Shown here one piece after another: positions 7,378 to 17,466 of a DNA stretch of 64,000 nt. Origin of the DNA: Candidatus Spongiisociaceae bacterium (GTDB taxonomy: Bacteria; Actinomycetota; Acidimicrobiia; Spongiisociales; Spongiisociaceae). Location: assembly GCA_965219685.1 (NCBI GenBank), contig CBDCOH010000002.1, positions 3,557,064 to 3,621,063 on the forward strand. Reading direction: 5' to 3'. Positions within the stretch are counted from its first letter, which is position 1. The number at the start of each line of letters is the position of its first letter. A program made the translations under genes and the position numbers. The notes under the pieces were generated by a model, which was given only the letters and a program-made list of their open reading frames with translations, was not told the origin of the DNA and made no database searches.

Positions 7378-9495
7378 ATGTTGAGGCGTTCACCGTTGGC
7401 CACGCTGGCCCTGCTCTCTCTGGTTGCGACGCTCCTGGCCCTGCCTGTGATTCCCGCCGCAGGCCGGAACGGGGAGGCGGACGACCTCCCCCTCTACACG
7501 GCATGCCCAGCGGCCGCGATCGAGTCCGCCGGATTCGAGGATGTCGCGGCGAGTAGCGTCGCCAGGGATGCAATCAACTGCATGGTCCACTTCGGGATCA
7601 TGCCGGGTACCTCCTCCACGACCTTCGAGCCCGGCTTGGGGGTGACCCGCCAGGAGATGGCCCTGATCCTCATCCGGGCGGCAGGTCCCGCCGGGATCGA
7701 CGTGCCCCGAGCGCGGGACCAAGGCTTCGATGACATCAGCCACCTGCCCCGTGAGGTTAGAGACTCCATCAACCAACTTGCCGAGCTGGGTATTACCAGG
7801 GGCACCACCGCGTCCACCTACGTTCCCGGCGGGGTGGTCAACCGCCGCGAGATGGCCCAGTTCTTCACCCGCTTCCTGCGGGAGGCGCCGGTAGGCGAAG
7901 GGGGCGTAGACGTCGATTCGGTCATACCGGACGACCGTGTGTTCACCGATATCGAACTTCTTCCCCACGATCCCTACGACGCCATCCGGCTTATATACGA
8001 GTTGGGGGTGACGAAGGGCACCACCGCCACCACCTACGGTCCTGACGATCCGGTGACACGGGCGCAGATGGCCCTGTTCGTCAGCCGGATGCTGGCCCAC
8101 ACCAATGCGCGTCCGGCCGGTATCACGGTGCAGGTGGAGGACGCCTCCGTTACCGCTGAAGACACGGTCGACCTCGTGGTGTCCCTCCGGGACGATGACC
8201 ACCTACCGATGGTCGACGAGCCGATCGACCTCTTCTACGTGGCTGCGGGCGACGAGGGCTTCTCCTCTAGCGGCAGGTGCAGCAGCAAGGCGATCATCGA
8301 GGCGGGCAGCAGCCGGTGCGCCATCGACCTCGGTGACGAGACCACTGACGGCGACGGGAACCTGTTCTACACGATGGAGATTCCCGAAAGCCTGGCGGTT
8401 TACGCCTGGACCGGCGACCGCAACGACCGCTTCGATATTGACAGCACCGACCATGCCACCCTGAATATTGCCGCGTCCAAGAATCCCGACGGGTTCCTGC
8501 TCACCGACAACATGCGCGAAGGCGCGGAGCGACTTCCGTTCGGGACGACCGTTACCTTCACCTTCCAGGTGGTGGACGAGGACCTCAACCCGGTAGCCGT
8601 GGAAGACGCAGAGATCCGCATCCGGACCGAGGAGTGGAACGACGGCCGCCGGGGTCCGGACCGGACCAGGACCTACACCACCGACTCTTCGGGTCGGGTG
8701 CAACTCACCTTCCGTCTCAGCGACCCGGACCCGGACCGCAACGATCCCCACGGGGAACTCAACCTCGAGGTTCTACGGCATGACTACACGAGGCTGACGG
8801 ACAAGAGCACGGTAGAGATCGACACCACGGCCAACCGGCTACGATGGTCGGACGACGACCCTGAACCCAGGACCCTGCTGCTTGAGCAGAGATCGGTGTA
8901 CAGCAGGGCGACCGCCTCGGGAAGCGCCCACAACCGGGTGACCGCCACCCTGCTCGACCAGTATGGCGATCCGGTGCGGGGCGTGCGGATCCACTTCACC
9001 TCGGGCGACGCGAACGGTCTGTGGTCGAAAGACGGAAACGGCACCGACGCTCAGAACGCCTACCGCAAGACCACCAGCAGGCGGGGAGTGGCCACGGTGA
9101 ACTACACCCGCAACTCGGCCGCCTCGACGATAGAGATGATCGATGCACGCGCCGAGAACTGCAGCACATGCAGCAGAACAATCGATCACTACTGGGTGAA
9201 GGACACGCCCACGAACCTGCAGGAAGACGGTGTCATGGTCCGTCACTACGACGCTGATGCGGATACGTTGGTGTTCGAAGTTACCAGCGGCGGGAACGCT
9301 GGCGTGTACGCGATCACCTTTGACTCGTTCGACCACTTCTACGAATTCGATAGCACCACCAGTACGGACGTGCCGATCAGCTACCAGGCGTTCAAAGAGG
9401 CGCTGGCCGAGTACACGACTACGGATGCGACCCTCGACGTGAACATAATCGGCAGCGATGCCGACGACGTGAACCGGTTCGAGTTGCAGCCTTAA
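7378..9495 (+). CDS. Secreted SLH-domain surface protein, paralog 2
   Basis: RBS caaggag precedes the ATG. Signal peptide LATLALLSLVATLLALPVIPAAG. It has three SLH-like modules, AHTNARPAGIT and VTATLLDQYGDPVRGVRI. Confidence 0.85.
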   Translation: MLRRSPLATLALLSLVATLLALPVIPAAGRNGEADDLPLYTACPAAAIESAGFEDVAASSVARDAINCMVHFGIMPGTSSTTFEPGLGVTRQEMALILIRAAGPAGIDVPRARDQGFDDISHLPREVRDSINQLAELGITRGTTASTYVPGGVVNRREMAQFFTRFLREAPVGEGGVDVDSVIPDDRVFTDIELLPHDPYDAIRLIYELGVTKGTTATTYGPDDPVTRAQMALFVSRMLAHTNARPAGITVQVEDASVTAEDTVDLVVSLRDDDHLPMVDEPIDLFYVAAGDEGFSSSGRCSSKAIIEAGSSRCAIDLGDETTDGDGNLFYTMEIPESLAVYAWTGDRNDRFDIDSTDHATLNIAASKNPDGFLLTDNMREGAERLPFGTTVTFTFQVVDEDLNPVAVEDAEIRIRTEEWNDGRRGPDRTRTYTTDSSGRVQLTFRLSDPDPDRNDPHGELNLEVLRHDYTRLTDKSTVEIDTTANRLRWSDDDPEPRTLLLEQRSVYSRATASGSAHNRVTATLLDQYGDPVRGVRIHFTSGDANGLWSKDGNGTDAQNAYRKTTSRRGVATVNYTRNSAASTIEMIDARAENCSTCSRTIDHYWVKDTPTNLQEDGVMVRHYDADADTLVFEVTSGGNAGVYAITFDSFDHFYEFDSTTSTDVPISYQAFKEALAEYTTTDATLDVNIIGSDADDVNRFELQP

Positions 9496-9512
9496 CACCA
9501 CTCCACCCACCA

Positions 9513-9541
9513 GGTGCGGGGAGCCGACGCCTCCCCGCACC
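9513..9541 (+). terminator. 11-bp stem-loop after paralog 2 (no U-tract)
   Basis: ggtgcggggag-ccgacgc-ctccccgcacc. Confidence 0.5.
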
Positions 9542-9671
9542 CTCTCCCCCGCTCAGAACGTGAGGCGCAGGTCGTCGCTCCGGTCGTTCCGAGACTCACG
9601 TTCGCACGAGACCGCCAGGTCGTGTTGTGGGTGGCCTAACATGTGTTCACACGAGGAGAGGAGGGACTCCC

Positions 9672-11807
9672 GTGAACTGTCAGGTTTTCATGTCCGTGCC
9701 GGCCGCTGGTCTTCGGTCGGCAGTAAGCCTCCCAGGAACGGGAAGGGCAGGGTACCGTAAGCGGTGGATGCCGCTGGCTGTCCTGGCGCTTTCGGGTTCT
9801 CTACTGGTAGCCTCAGCCGCGCCGGTGCTAGGCGTGGTAGGTGTTACGGACCATACGGCCCGGCTCTCCGCTTGCGTGGGCGCGGCTCTTGATCCGGCTG
9901 GCTTCCACGACACGGAGGGCAGCTTCGCCGAGGAGGCGGCCGACTGCCTCGCCCACTACGGGATCACCTTGGGGACCAGCCCGGAGATGTTCTCGCCCGG
10001 GCAGGTGGTGACTCGCGAGCAGATGGCCCTGTTCCTGGCGCGGGCGGCGGGTCCGGCCGGGTTCGAGCTACCGGAGGTCTCCGATCAGGGATTCACCGAC
10101 CTCGACGCCGGGTCCGTCGGCCATGATGCCATCAGCCAACTGGCCGAGCTCGGAATAGTGGAGGGAACCTCGACCACCGCCTTTGACCCGCAGGGCCCGG
10201 TTACCCGCGAGCTGATGGCGTTATGGCTGGCCCGGTTCCTCAGCGCCGCCCCCACCGGTCCGGGAGGTACGGACATCGATCATGTCGAACCCGATGACGA
10301 CCACTTCACGGACATCTCCTCGGTCGACTTCAGGACCCGCGCCGCCATCCGCAAGATCTACGAGATGGGTGTGACCCAAGGGACGTCGGCCTTCACGTTC
10401 TCGCCCGCCAAGGAGGTAACACGGGGACAGATGGCCGTGTTCATCAGCCGCATGCTGGCTCACACCCACGCCCGCCCGGCCGGGTTGACCATCCAGGCAG
10501 CCGAGCCGGCACTCTCCGGGGATTCCGATGTCACGGTGTCGATCTCCTACCGGGACGAGCACCATCGACCCCGGGCGGCCCGGATGGTAGACGTTTTCGC
10601 GTCCACGAACCCCGGAATGGCCTTCGACGACGCCGGCCGATGCACCGGCCACGTCTTCTCGCTGATAGGGCCCGGACAGGCTTGCGTGATGGATAGCTCG
10701 GACCACATCACGAGCCCCTCCGGGTACCTGCGGACCGATATGGATCTGGCGGATGTCGGCGCGCTGCGGGTCTGGGCCTGGCAAGGTCCCAATGGCACCC
10801 TGTACGACGACGACGCCGAAAGGGAGGCGGTCCTCGACATCAGGACCCTCAGTTTCCCAATGGCCCTAGAAGTTAGCGACGACATGCGGCCCACCGCCCG
10901 CAAGCTCCGCCTGGGCGACACGGTGACGTTCACGTTCCGGCTGGTCGATGCTGACGGCGCCCCCGTAGCCAAGCCGGGCGTGAAGTTCAGCCTCGGTTTT
11001 GAGCAGTCAGTGAACGGGCACAGCCTCGGGCTCCGCACCATCGTCAAAGAGACCGCCTCGGACGGCTCGTTCGAGATGGAGTTCCGTCGAGTGGATCAGA
11101 ACCCCGAGCCCGAGGACCTGGGTGACATAGCGCAGTTGGACCTTGATGTTCTGGACAGCGGCATGCTGGGGGTGAAAGACAGGACGACCCTCGGGATGCT
11201 GGCGAACGACGGCACCAGCGATGACAGTCTGCTCGACTGGTCGGACGAGGAGGGAGTGACCACATCCCTCACGCTGTCCCTGCCGGAGGATTACGTCGTA
11301 GCCTCCTCGGAGGGCAGCGGTGCGAGCAACAGGGCACGGGCGAGCCTCACCGATCAGTACGGATCCGGAGTGGCTCGTGGCGGGGCGATAACCTTCACGT
11401 CCACCGACCCCTCGGTGGCGCCTAACAATGTCAACCGCGCCGCCAATGTGGGAGGGGTGGCCATCCTCGATTACCACCGGGACTCCGACTCCGGCGCCAC
11501 GGAGTGGATCACTGCCCGGTCCGGCACGCTCACGGCCGGGGCCCGCCAATACTGGGCCGGCCGCATCCCCGCGGGCACCGGCGGTTCCGGAGAGGTAGTG
11601 GTGGTCGACCCCGGCAACAACCGGGCGGTGCTGTTGAGCGGCGACGATGTCTGGCTCGTGGAGTACAGCTTCGCCGACCGCTTCGAGATCGGCGGCGAAC
11701 GCGTCCGGATCTCCACCTTCGAGGACACCTTGACGGTGGGGAACACCCTCGCCTTCGAGATCTCACCATCCGGCGCAGCCAACACCTACACCCTCACCAG
11801 CCGCTAA
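9672..11807 (+). CDS. Secreted SLH-domain surface protein, paralog 3 (start uncertain: GTG 9672 or ATG 9690)
   Basis: RBS aggagaggaggga lies 5-6 nt before GTG 9672. Signal peptide MPLAVLALSGSLLVASAAPVLG. It has SLH-like modules, AHTHARPAGLT and ARASLTDQYGSGVARG. Confidence 0.8.
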   Translation: MNCQVFMSVPAAGLRSAVSLPGTGRAGYRKRWMPLAVLALSGSLLVASAAPVLGVVGVTDHTARLSACVGAALDPAGFHDTEGSFAEEAADCLAHYGITLGTSPEMFSPGQVVTREQMALFLARAAGPAGFELPEVSDQGFTDLDAGSVGHDAISQLAELGIVEGTSTTAFDPQGPVTRELMALWLARFLSAAPTGPGGTDIDHVEPDDDHFTDISSVDFRTRAAIRKIYEMGVTQGTSAFTFSPAKEVTRGQMAVFISRMLAHTHARPAGLTIQAAEPALSGDSDVTVSISYRDEHHRPRAARMVDVFASTNPGMAFDDAGRCTGHVFSLIGPGQACVMDSSDHITSPSGYLRTDMDLADVGALRVWAWQGPNGTLYDDDAEREAVLDIRTLSFPMALEVSDDMRPTARKLRLGDTVTFTFRLVDADGAPVAKPGVKFSLGFEQSVNGHSLGLRTIVKETASDGSFEMEFRRVDQNPEPEDLGDIAQLDLDVLDSGMLGVKDRTTLGMLANDGTSDDSLLDWSDEEGVTTSLTLSLPEDYVVASSEGSGASNRARASLTDQYGSGVARGGAITFTSTDPSVAPNNVNRAANVGGVAILDYHRDSDSGATEWITARSGTLTAGARQYWAGRIPAGTGGSGEVVVVDPGNNRAVLLSGDDVWLVEYSFADRFEIGGERVRISTFEDTLTVGNTLAFEISPSGAANTYTLTSR

Positions 11808-12184
11808 TCTCCCCAGGACGCGCGCCAGCCGCCACGCGCCGGAGGAAGGGGCTAGTCAAGGCCGCCGGTTAGTCCTTATAGTTCGGACGAGAGCCAGAGA
11901 GAAGAACTTGCGTGACCGCGATCACCGAACGGCTGGTCGATGCCACAGAGCAGGCCCGCGAAGCCGCGTCCCACACCAATCTCGCGCAAGCCACGCACTC
12001 CTTCGAGAAACGGGTCAATCCAGGTCGGCTTCCGTATCATCGCGATCGTGATACACGCCAAGATCGCCTCGCAGCCCTAGTGTTAGCCTTCCTCAATCGA
12101 CCAACGCCGCCGCTGGCGGCTTGTAGATTCTGATGCGATAGTCTAACGTAGATAGCACTACATCATTGCGATGGAGAGGTAGAA

Positions 12185-13540
12185 GTGACAGCTGAGGTCG
12201 CCATCCTCAACCGTGAAGCCGTTGCCATGGCCGCCGACAGTGCTCTCACGCTGGGCGGGCCTGTCGGCAAGGTCTACAACAGTGCCAACAAGCTCTTTGC
12301 CCTGTCGAGGCTGGAACCAGTGGCTGTCATGGTCTACGGAGCGGGTTCGTTCGAGGGAATCCCCTGGGCGACGGTTGTCAAGGAGTATCGCCGTAAGTTG
12401 GCTGCAGGCACATTTGCAACGATCGAGGACTACGCGTCGGATTTCATCGGATACCTCTCATCCCTGGTACATCACATGCCGGCCGACTTCCGGCGACGAA
12501 GTGTTCTTCTGAGGGTGTCCTGGGAGCTCGACCAGCTACGGGATGCGATTGACGCCAAGGTATCCGGCGATCTTTCCGATGACAACCAGGTGACTGATCA
12601 CATACTGGATCGGATTGAGTCGAGGATCGGCCAGCTAGAAGCGGAGGGTGATGAGACCGGGCCCGATGAGTCGGCGGCTGTTCAAGAGTTCAACGAGGCC
12701 ATTGACGACTGGGACGGTTTGATTATGACGTTCCTGAAGGATTTGCCAGCGACGGATACTGTCAAGGAGAGGGCCCGGGCCATGGTGTGTACCTCGCTGC
12801 GGGTCGCCACTTGGTCGCCGGCATCGTCCGGTGTCGTTGTCGCCGGCTTCGGGACTTCACAGCTGTTTCCGGCCCTTTCCCACCACTTGGTAGATGGCAT
12901 CCTCGTGGACCGGGTCCGAGTTCGTCAGATTCAGGGGGTCCAGATTGGTTGGCAGCAGTCTGCTGTGATCTGTCCGTTCGCGCAGCAGGACATGGTGCAA
13001 ACATTCATGGACGGTCTACATCCGGACTTTCCACACGCGCTTGGCGGGTTCATTGATGAAACGATGCGGCTGTACGCGAGTCACTTCGGCGAGCAGGTTC
13101 AGAATGCTCTTCCCTCCGACGAGTACGGGGGACTGATGGAAAGGATGGCCACGGCGAGATCCGAGACTGTCAAATGGTTCCAGGAGCAGATGAGGGATCT
13201 GCTGGAGCAGCAACATTCAGGTCCGATCATGTCGATCGTTAGTATGTTGCCCAAGGAGGAACTGGCGGAGATGGCCGAAGCGCTCGTCAACCTCACGTCT
13301 CTTAAGAGGCGGGTCACTCCGGAGGACGAGACCGTAGGCGGTCCGGTCGATGTTGCGGTGATCTCGAAAGGTGATGGACTTATCTGGATCAAGCGCAAGC
13401 ACTACTTCGCCCCAGAGCTGAACCACCGGTTTTTCGACCGTGACCAAGATCTGTCAACAGGTAAGACAGGTAGCCTTTCTTGCCGAAGGGCTCCGGACGA
13501 TCGGACTGAAGATCGGGACGGGACAGGAGGCAGGTTATGA
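12185..13540 (+). CDS. Candidate Ntn-hydrolase of the proteasome-beta/HslV type with a large helical insertion (451 aa)
   Basis: GTG start with RBS ggagagg. The protein begins (M)TAEVAILNREAVAMAADSALTLG..KVYNSANKLFAL, like the TT(I/V)vai..g.v.aaD..t.g...K(i/l) start of HslV/beta subunits. The C-terminal ETVGGPVDVAVISKGDGLIWIKRK resembles the GG.i.v..i.kdG strand. This is pattern resemblance only. Confidence 0.45.
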   Translation: MTAEVAILNREAVAMAADSALTLGGPVGKVYNSANKLFALSRLEPVAVMVYGAGSFEGIPWATVVKEYRRKLAAGTFATIEDYASDFIGYLSSLVHHMPADFRRRSVLLRVSWELDQLRDAIDAKVSGDLSDDNQVTDHILDRIESRIGQLEAEGDETGPDESAAVQEFNEAIDDWDGLIMTFLKDLPATDTVKERARAMVCTSLRVATWSPASSGVVVAGFGTSQLFPALSHHLVDGILVDRVRVRQIQGVQIGWQQSAVICPFAQQDMVQTFMDGLHPDFPHALGGFIDETMRLYASHFGEQVQNALPSDEYGGLMERMATARSETVKWFQEQMRDLLEQQHSGPIMSIVSMLPKEELAEMAEALVNLTSLKRRVTPEDETVGGPVDVAVISKGDGLIWIKRKHYFAPELNHRFFDRDQDLSTGKTGSLSCRRAPDDRTEDRDGTGGRL

Positions 13541-13719
13541 ATAGAAACATGGAAGAGGAGCTTCATCGAGTGATGGTCGAGAAGAACCGTCCTCCGCACC
13601 GCACGGTGTTCAATCCGGGTGATGACCCGGAGGAATTCGGGCGTCGTGCTGCCCGAGATCTGTTCGATCGGTACATCAGGCACGCGACCAGCACCCCCGC
13701 GCAGTCTAAGAAGGGCTGA
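13537..13719 (+). CDS. Small translationally coupled ORF (60 aa), unknown function
   Basis: ATG 13537 overlaps the TGA of 12185-13540 (ATGA overlap). No family was recognised. Confidence 0.4.
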   Translation: MNRNMEEELHRVMVEKNRPPHRTVFNPGDDPEEFGRRAARDLFDRYIRHATSTPAQSKKG

Positions 13720-13761
13720 ACGCACCCACCAAACCTGGTACTTCGCTGCAAGGCAGGAGTC

Positions 13762-14173
13762 ACGTCCACCGACCCATCCGCAATGTCGAACAACATCAAC
13801 CGTTCCGCCAGTGTGGGCGGCGTGGCCAGCTTCGACTACCGGCGAGACTCCGACTCCGGCGCCACCGAGACGATCACCGCCCGGCACGGCACCCTCACGG
13901 CCACGGCCCGCCAGTACTGGGCTGCCCGGATCCCCGCCGGCGCCAGCGGTTCGGGAGAGGTGGTGGTGGTCGACCCCGGTAACAACCGGGCGGTGGTTGT
14001 GACCGGCGATGACGTCTGGCTCGTGGAGTAACAGCTCCGCCGATCGCTTCGAGATCGACGGCGAACGCGTCCGCATCTCCATCTTCGAGGATGCCATGAC
14101 CGTAGGGGATACGCTCAGCTACGAGATCTCACCCTCCGGCACAGCCAACACCTACACCCTCACCAGCCGCTGA
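13762..14173 (+). pseudogene. Decayed 3'-end copy of a paralog-3-like SLH surface protein gene (frameshifted)
   Basis: It translates VTSTDPSAMSNNINRSASVGGVASFDYRRDSDSGATETITARHGTLTATARQYWAARIPAGASGSGEVVVVDPGNNRAVVVTGDDVWLVE, then needs a -1 correction at about 14030 (gagtaacag versus gagtacag at 11660) to continue YSSADRFEIDGERVRISIFEDAMTVGDTLSYEISPSGTANTYTLTSR*. It is collinear with 11395-11807. Confidence 0.8.
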
Positions 14174-14424
14174 TCCCCCAAGGCTCGCCCAGCCGACATG
14201 GGCTTCGAAAGGGGCTAGTCAAGGCCAGCGGTAGCTCTTATATTCCCAAGAAGAGGTCAGCGCGGGAGGGGTAGCCAGTGACCGCAGTCACCGGGGCCGT
14301 GGTCGATGTCGAAGACCAGGCTCGCTAAGCCGAGCCCCGTACGATCTTCGCATAGGCATTGAACGCCCGCAGATCGGCAACATCTGAGCGGTGATACAGT
14401 CCCTCGCGACAAAAGGAGCAGGAA

Positions 14425-14769
14425 GTGGCATCCACGACTGTCACAACCAGAACACAGCCGACTGCTGGCGCGTCCACCGTAGGGAGTGCATCCCCGACCC
14501 TATCGGCGGACCGGTTACGGGATGTTGAGCAGCAGATCCAGAGAATGGTTGTTCTGCTGGCGCCACATCGGCGTGATCTCGACCTACTAGGTCAAGTCTT
14601 GAGACGTTGGGCAGCAACGCAGCCACCCTCCCCTTACGAGCACATAAGGGAGGCGTTCGCCGAGCAGGCTAACGATATCCGGTGCCATTGGGAACAGGTG
14701 GGCTTCTACCTTCAGAGAGCCCTAGACGACTTCGAGACAAGACCGGAACGTCGACCTCCGTCGGGCTAG
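14425..14769 (+). CDS. Hypothetical protein (114 aa)
   Basis: A strong RBS aaaaggagcagga precedes GTG 14425. No family was recognised. Confidence 0.45.
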   Translation: MASTTVTTRTQPTAGASTVGSASPTLSADRLRDVEQQIQRMVVLLAPHRRDLDLLGQVLRRWAATQPPSPYEHIREAFAEQANDIRCHWEQVGFYLQRALDDFETRPERRPPSG

Positions 14770-14869
14770 GGTGCTGGCCCGTTGAGCATCCACGGTAGGA
14801 GTTCGTCTTGCCGCTCGTGTAACACCCGCGGATAATTTCATCAGGGTGATTCCATCGGAGGGAGATGTG

Positions 14870-15103
14870 ATGCAGGCAGAGGCTACGGCTGTACGTTCCC
14901 GGAAGGAAGAGGTGTTCGCGGTCTTCGAGCAACGCGAGAAGGCACAGAAGCCTCCATTCGACGACGTGCTCGTGTTGTTCCACCACATGAGGGATCGCGG
15001 CTCCGACATCGACGACGTCGGGCTGGCTGTAGCGATCAGTCGCCTCGTACGCGAAGGAAGACTCCGCTATGCCCTCGACGGCATCCGGGTGATTCATCGG
15101 TGA
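14870..15103 (+). CDS. Hypothetical protein (77 aa)
   Basis: RBS ggagggag lies 6 nt before ATG 14870. No family was recognised. Confidence 0.4.
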   Translation: MQAEATAVRSRKEEVFAVFEQREKAQKPPFDDVLVLFHHMRDRGSDIDDVGLAVAISRLVREGRLRYALDGIRVIHR

Positions 15104-15351
15104 GCGGTCGGTAAGGCCGACTCCGCCGATCAAGTCTCGGTGATCCTCGAGAGAGCGTCCACGGGTATGGGAGTTCTTGACCGCTGAACGAACCAAGCTG
15201 ACTCCGAGGCATCCCGGGACGGTCTCGTCGAACCGGAGATTGCGTTCTGACCCGGATTCGCCTGGAACCCTTCCCGGCACGGTCGGTCGCCCCACAAGGT
15301 TGATCGGCCGTTATCCTGGGAGGTAGAACGCGAAAAACGTGGGAGGAACTG

Positions 15352-17445
15352 ATGTTCCCGTCGAGGAGAAGTACCTGGTCGGCGGTGGTCCTGGTCTCGG
15401 TCCTGCTGGGGATCTCGTTGGTTCCGGCCTCCGCCTGGAACGGGGAAGCCGACGAGCCGGCCCTCTACTCGGCCTGCGTGGGTCCGGCGTTGGAAGAGGC
15501 CCGGTTCTCGGATGTCCGCAGGTACCCGGCCGAGATGAGGCAGGCCATAAACTGCCTCTCCCATTACGGGATCACCTACGGCACCGGCGTCGACACCTTC
15601 TCACCGGACGCTCCGGTAAGCCGCGAGCACATGGCGCTGTTCCTGGTCCGGGCGGCCGGACCGGCCGGGATCGACGTGCCCAGGGCTTCCAGTCGGCCCG
15701 CTCGGGACTTCACGGATGTGGAGGGGCTGTCCGACGAGTCGCTGGAGGCAATCGACCAACTGCTCCGGATGGGCATCACGGTCGGCAAGACCCGCTCCAC
15801 GTTCGCTCCCCACGAGACGGTCACCCGAGACCAGATGGCCCTCTTCCTGTACCGGTTCCTCGATCTGGCCCCGGTCGGTCCGGGAGGGGTCGATGTCGAA
15901 GACGCCTTCCCCGACGACAGGCACTTCGAGGATCTGAGGGACTTGCCGATCAGGACTTACGACGCGGTGCGTACCCTGTTCGAGATGGGGGTGGTGGAGG
16001 GCACCTCGAGAACCACCTTCAGCCCCCACCGGCCGGTGACCCGAGCCCAGATGGCGCTGCTGATCACCCGGATGCTCGGCCACACCAACGCCCGGCCCGC
16101 CGGCCTCACCATGCAAACGGACGGCGTGGTGGTGGACGCCGAAGCCGACGCCGAGGTGGTGATCTCGATACGGGACCGGTGGCATCGCCCCGTACCCGAT
16201 GAGCTGGTGGACGTGTTCGAGTGGACCGTGCCGGACTCCCGCCGGGTCGACCCCTTCGATACGCAAGGCCGGTGCGAGGAGGACCAGGTCCGGGTCGTGT
16301 TCGGGAACGATCCCTGCGAGATCGATCAGAGCGACGACACCACGGACCCGGACGGGAACCTGGAGTTCGAGCTGTTCGTGGACGACGACCTGACCCTGTG
16401 GGCGTGGAGCGGGGACCTGCGAGATCGATTCGATCTGGACCGCACGAACTATGTCTCGATCGAGTTCACCGCCGTGGAGCCGCCAGACGCCTTCAAGGTG
16501 ACCGACGACATGCATCCCGAAGCGGAGAAGATGCTGTACGGGAACTCGGTCACCTTCACGTTCCAGCTGGTTGACGAGGACGGGAAGCCGGTGCGCCGGG
16601 GGGACGTGGAGATCGAGATCCAGACTGAGGAGATGAGCAACAACCAGCTGGCCAGGAGGGAGACCAAGACCTACTACACGGACTCGGGCGGGGAGGTCAC
16701 CCTCTACTACCGCATCAACCGCGCCCGGTACGGCGACACCAACACCGAAAGCGAGTTGAATGTCATCGTGCTGGACTCAGCCGGTCTGGATGTGACCGAC
16801 GAGACCACAGTGGACGTCCTGGGCACGGACGTGCTGGTGTGGTCCAGAGAGGAGCGCGAGCCCACCACCTTGGTGCTGTCCCAGACGCTCGAGTACCACA
16901 CCGCCGAAGCCAGCGGAGGCCGCAACCGGGTGACCGCCACCCTCATAGACCAGTACGGCGACCCGGTGCGGGGCGAGATGGTCCACTTCAGGTCGAACGA
17001 CAGTGCCGGCCTGGACGCCGATTCGACGGATCCGAGCCTGGCCAAGGAGAACTACCGGAAGCCGACCAGCAGGCGAGGAGAGGCCACGGTCACCTACATC
17101 CGCGACTCCGCCACCCCGGAAACCGAAGACTTCGCTACCACCTTCGTTGAAGGCGAGACGGTGACCGTCGCTGGGATGACCAAGCATTACTGGGTGCTCC
17201 CCGCTCCAGCAGGACAGACCAGCGGCGTACTAGTTCTCCACGACACCAGGAGGAGCACCCTCGTGTACGACCCGACGAACGCCGGTCCCTACACGATCGC
17301 TTACGACTCCAGAGACTATTTCTACCTAGGAGCCAGCCCGGAAAGCTACGACAGTTTCCGCGCGAAGGTGATGGAAGGCCAGACCCTGACGGTAGACGTG
17401 ACCTCTCACAGAGCGAGCGACGTCAACACCTTCACGCGCAGCTAG
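15352..17445 (+). CDS. Secreted SLH-domain surface protein, paralog 4
   Basis: RBS gggagga precedes the ATG. Signal peptide WSAVVLVSVLLGISLVPASA. It has three SLH-like modules, GHTNARPAGLT and VTATLIDQYGDPVRGEMV. Confidence 0.85.
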   Translation: MFPSRRSTWSAVVLVSVLLGISLVPASAWNGEADEPALYSACVGPALEEARFSDVRRYPAEMRQAINCLSHYGITYGTGVDTFSPDAPVSREHMALFLVRAAGPAGIDVPRASSRPARDFTDVEGLSDESLEAIDQLLRMGITVGKTRSTFAPHETVTRDQMALFLYRFLDLAPVGPGGVDVEDAFPDDRHFEDLRDLPIRTYDAVRTLFEMGVVEGTSRTTFSPHRPVTRAQMALLITRMLGHTNARPAGLTMQTDGVVVDAEADAEVVISIRDRWHRPVPDELVDVFEWTVPDSRRVDPFDTQGRCEEDQVRVVFGNDPCEIDQSDDTTDPDGNLEFELFVDDDLTLWAWSGDLRDRFDLDRTNYVSIEFTAVEPPDAFKVTDDMHPEAEKMLYGNSVTFTFQLVDEDGKPVRRGDVEIEIQTEEMSNNQLARRETKTYYTDSGGEVTLYYRINRARYGDTNTESELNVIVLDSAGLDVTDETTVDVLGTDVLVWSREEREPTTLVLSQTLEYHTAEASGGRNRVTATLIDQYGDPVRGEMVHFRSNDSAGLDADSTDPSLAKENYRKPTSRRGEATVTYIRDSATPETEDFATTFVEGETVTVAGMTKHYWVLPAPAGQTSGVLVLHDTRRSTLVYDPTNAGPYTIAYDSRDYFYLGASPESYDSFRAKVMEGQTLTVDVTSHRASDVNTFTRS

Positions 17446-17466
17446 CCACTAACTAGCCGCCAGCCG

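Noticed and set aside
13402-14097. A 231-aa minus-strand ORF across the cassette and pseudogene junction
   Set aside because: It is antisense to the coupled small ORF and to the paralog-3-like fragment. Its composition is typical of shadow ORFs.
14669-15295. A 208-aa minus-strand ORF overlapping the two small plus-strand ORFs
   Set aside because: It has no RBS or motif support. The plus-strand ORFs have strong Shine-Dalgarno sequences at correct spacing.
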